This document shows, piece by piece, positions 61,797 through 64,000 of a stretch of 64,000 nucleotides of DNA. The DNA lies in assembly GCA_035687245.1 (NCBI GenBank), contig DASRYH010000008.1:23713-87712 (forward strand), given 5' to 3'. The notes under the pieces are model-generated. The model made no database searches. It was not told the origin of the DNA and worked only from the letters and a program-made list of their open reading frames with translations. Within the stretch, counting starts at the first letter, position 1. Each line of letters opens with the position of its first letter. Position numbers and translations under genes: made by a program. Source of the stretch: Coriobacteriia bacterium (lineage in GTDB: Bacteria > Actinomycetota > Coriobacteriia > Anaerosomatales > PHET01).

Positions 61797-61876
61797 CCAA
61801 CGCGTGTCGTGCTGGCGCGCGCGAAGGCGCAGTTGCGGGCGTGTGACCAGCACATTCGGCATCACTGAGAATCAGA

Positions 61877-61901
61877 GAGGGGCTCCCAATGGGAGCCCCT
61901 C
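61877..61901. terminator. Bidirectional hairpin terminator between trxA and csoR
   Basis: GAGGGGCTCCC, loop AAT, GGGAGCCCCTC: a perfect 11-bp stem between convergent genes. Confidence 0.7.
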
Positions 61902-61939
61902 GTCAGTGCAGTTGTCGCGCACACACACGGTCTATAGCG

Positions 61940-62242
61940 CTACTTCACGCAGGAGCTGTACTTCAAGAAGACCTTGATGGCTTCGTCGATGACTTCATCG
62001 CGGTCCATCGTGTCGTCGGTGATAAGGCAGTTCTTCATCGCGTGGCCGATGACGTGCAAACCGACCTGGTTCAGCGCCGACTTCGCCGCCATAACCTGCG
62101 TCAGAACCGCCTCGCACTCCTGGCCATTGTCGATCATGGTCTGCAGGCCACGAATCTGGCCCTCGAGACGCCGAAGCCTGTTGATGAGCTTCTTGCGCTC
62201 GTCATCGCTGTCGACGAATACAGGGGTCGTGTTCTCAGTCAT
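61940..62242 (-). CDS. csoR: CsoR/RcnR-family metal-sensing repressor
   Basis: LINRLRRLEGQIRGLQTMI, ECEAVLTQV, GHAMKNC. Cys43, His67 and Cys72 are candidate ligands. 100 aa. Confidence 0.85.
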   Translation of the reverse strand: MTENTTPVFVDSDDERKKLINRLRRLEGQIRGLQTMIDNGQECEAVLTQVMAAKSALNQVGLHVIGHAMKNCLITDDTMDRDEVIDEAIKVFLKYSSCVK

Positions 62243-62285
62243 GAGTCATCCATCAATCTGATAGGGTAGATGCGTCACGCGCAGT

Positions 62286-62302
62286 ATACCCCCTAGGGGT
62301 AT
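62286..62302. promoter_or_regulatory. CsoR-type operator ATACCCC-cta-GGGGTAT in the csoR/CDF divergent region
   Basis: 7-3-7 dyad that overlaps a TATTAT -10-like hexamer (62300-62305), 24 nt upstream of the CDF ATG. Confidence 0.6.
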
Positions 62303-62325
62303 TATCGACAACGGAGGGAGGGGAG

Positions 62326-63270
62326 ATGGGATACACGCGGCCGCAGGACGGCGAGGCGTCTGCCAATCGTGTCCACGAGATCCGCAAGATCCTGTGGGTC
62401 ATCCTCTTTCTCAACCTCGGGGTTGCGTTAGCCAAGCTAGTGTGGGGCCTCGTCACGAACTCTGCGGCCATGCAGGCCGACGGTTTTCACTCCCTGTTCG
62501 ACGGTACCAGCAACGTGGTCGGACTGGTGGGTATGGCGTTTGCCGGCCGTCCGGCCGATCGAGAGCACCCATACGGACACGCGAAGTACGAGACCTACGC
62601 TTCGGCGATTATCGCGGTGATGCTCGGTCTGGCGGCGTACCGCATCGGTTCGACCGCGGTCGGACACCTCGTGAACGGCGCGGAGCCCGCGCGAGTCGAT
62701 GCCATCTCATTCGTGGTCATGGTCGGCACGCTCGCGGTCAATCTCTTCATCACGACCTGGGAGCGCAGGGTAGGTCGCAGGCTCGGCAGCGAGATCCTCG
62801 TGGCCGATGCAAGCCACACCGGCTCCGACGTTCTGGTGAGTATCGGAGTCATCATCTCGCTCGTCCTCGTGAAGATGGGCTTCCAGCAGGCGGACCCGAT
62901 CGTCGCGCTCTTCGTGGCAGGGGCGATCGTCTACACCGCGTGGGGCGTCTTCAAGGCAGCCAATGCGACGCTTTTCGATGCTGCCCGGATCCCTGCCGAT
63001 GAGGTATGCGCGTTCGTCTGCGAGCAGGCCGGCGTATTGGGCGCGCACCACGTGCGCACTCGCGGGCCGGAAGGCGCTGTCTACGTTGACCTGCACATCC
63101 AAGTCGACGCCACGAGAACCGTCGCCGACGGGCATAACATCGCCGAAGCGGTGGAGCGCGCGATTCTCGAGCACTACCCGCACGTCGTCGATGCGATCGT
63201 CCATCTTGAGCCCTTCGATGACTACCAGGCCGACAAGACCGCCCGCGAGGTGGACGCCGGACTTGTCTGA
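62326..63270 (+). CDS. Cation diffusion facilitator (CDF) metal efflux transporter
   Basis: Six TM helices with HSLFDGTSN and DASHTGSDVLVS ligand motifs. C-terminal cytoplasmic domain (HHVRTRGPEGAVYVDLHIQVD). Confidence 0.85.
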   Translation: MGYTRPQDGEASANRVHEIRKILWVILFLNLGVALAKLVWGLVTNSAAMQADGFHSLFDGTSNVVGLVGMAFAGRPADREHPYGHAKYETYASAIIAVMLGLAAYRIGSTAVGHLVNGAEPARVDAISFVVMVGTLAVNLFITTWERRVGRRLGSEILVADASHTGSDVLVSIGVIISLVLVKMGFQQADPIVALFVAGAIVYTAWGVFKAANATLFDAARIPADEVCAFVCEQAGVLGAHHVRTRGPEGAVYVDLHIQVDATRTVADGHNIAEAVERAILEHYPHVVDAIVHLEPFDDYQADKTAREVDAGLV

Positions 63271-64000
63271 CGCACCCGAACGTCTCAAAGGCTACGCGCT
63301 CGCGCTGCTGGCAGCTGTCTGCTGGGGAACGGGCGGGCTGACGGCCAAGTGGCTTTTCACCGCGCCTTCGGCAGCCACCGCCAACTGGCCGCTGCACCCG
63401 CTCGGGCTGGCGATCGAGCCGGCAGCGCTGTCGTCGGGTCGCGCACTTGCCGCGTTCCTGATCCTCATCACCTACTTGGCGCTGCGCCGGCCCGCCGACC
63501 TGAAGATCAACCCGCGCCACTGGTGGTTCTTCGTCGTATTCGGCGTGGTAGGTATGGCCGGAGTGCACTTCACGTACTTCAAGGCGATATCGCTCACCAA
63601 CGTCGCCACGGCCATCCTGCTCGAGTACCTTGCACCGATTCTCGTGCTGATCGTCAGCGTCGCCTTCCTCAAGCACAAGCTCACCTGGCAGCTCCCTGCA
63701 GGTGTGGCATTGTCGGTGATTGGCTGTGCGCTCGTAGTTGGGGCGATCGGGGGAGAGGGGATGGCGGTCTCTCCCGCGGGCGTCGCGTGGGGTTTGGGCT
63801 CCGCGGTCTTCTTTGCCGCCTACTCACTGCTGGGCACGTGGGCGGCCTCACGGTATAGCCCGTTCACGACCCTCGTATACGGTCTGGGTGCGGCATCGGC
63901 GTTTTGGCTGGTCACCCTTGGGTTCGGCCCGATCGTCTACATCGTGGGGAACCCGCGCCTGTTTGCCGCCGTCATCTTCATGGCGATCTTCAGCACCGTG
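63263..64000 (+). CDS. EamA/DMT-family transporter, 3' end outside window
   Basis: Open frame from TTG 63263 to the window end, so it is absent from the ORF track. LKGYALALLAAVCWGTGGL..., multiple TM helices, EYLAPILV motif. Confidence 0.6.
   Translation, partial: MSDAPERLKGYALALLAAVCWGTGGLTAKWLFTAPSAATANWPLHPLGLAIEPAALSSGRALAAFLILITYLALRRPADLKINPRHWWFFVVFGVVGMAGVHFTYFKAISLTNVATAILLEYLAPILVLIVSVAFLKHKLTWQLPAGVALSVIGCALVVGAIGGEGMAVSPAGVAWGLGSAVFFAAYSLLGTWAASRYSPFTTLVYGLGAASAFWLVTLGFGPIVYIVGNPRLFAAVIFMAIFSTV

Overview
High-GC (roughly 65%) chromosomal segment with actinobacterial-type core synteny: polA, rpsA, coaE, uvrB, uvrA, uvrC, then rapZ-yvcK-whiA-gap-pgk-tpiA-gpmI-secG. The gene content is anaerobe-flavoured (split archaeal-type glutamate synthase, LarE, B12-radical-SAM, multiheme cytochrome c), so a Coriobacteriia-like lineage is my guess; that is inference only. 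Almost everything is protein-coding on both strands. There is one tRNA-Leu(GAG). I saw no rRNA, CRISPR array, transposase or integrase.

Three functional themes stand out:
- Nitrogen assimilation: a three-gene split GOGAT, a GSI-alpha glnA, an OmpR-type GlnR-like regulator, and amtB-glnK-glnD. GAAAC/GTAAC direct-repeat boxes sit upstream of amtB and glnA.
- Metal homeostasis: ArsR/CadC plus a Cd/Zn-type P1B ATPase, a CopB-type CPH ATPase, and CsoR plus a CDF exporter. Two near-identical ATACCCC..GGGGTAT operators are present.
- Cell envelope and transport: an Opp/Dpp peptide ABC system, GH26-like, RlpA-like and PLC-like secreted proteins.

Most noteworthy observations:
- An in-frame TGA sits exactly at the first Cys of the GLDCxxC metal-binding motif of the Cd/Zn ATPase and is followed by a SECIS-like hairpin. 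This is a candidate selenocysteine, or alternatively a nonsense lesion.
- A membrane-anchored cytochrome c with 19 heme-binding motifs is inserted between uvrC and rapZ.
- A membrane-anchored ferrochelatase homolog lacks the catalytic His and Glu, and its start overlaps a CsoR-type operator shared with the trxA promoter.
- A translationally coupled operon encodes a cluster-less radical-SAM-like protein, a B12-binding radical SAM enzyme and an aminotransferase.

Many long antisense ORFs in the track are high-GC shadow ORFs and were rejected.
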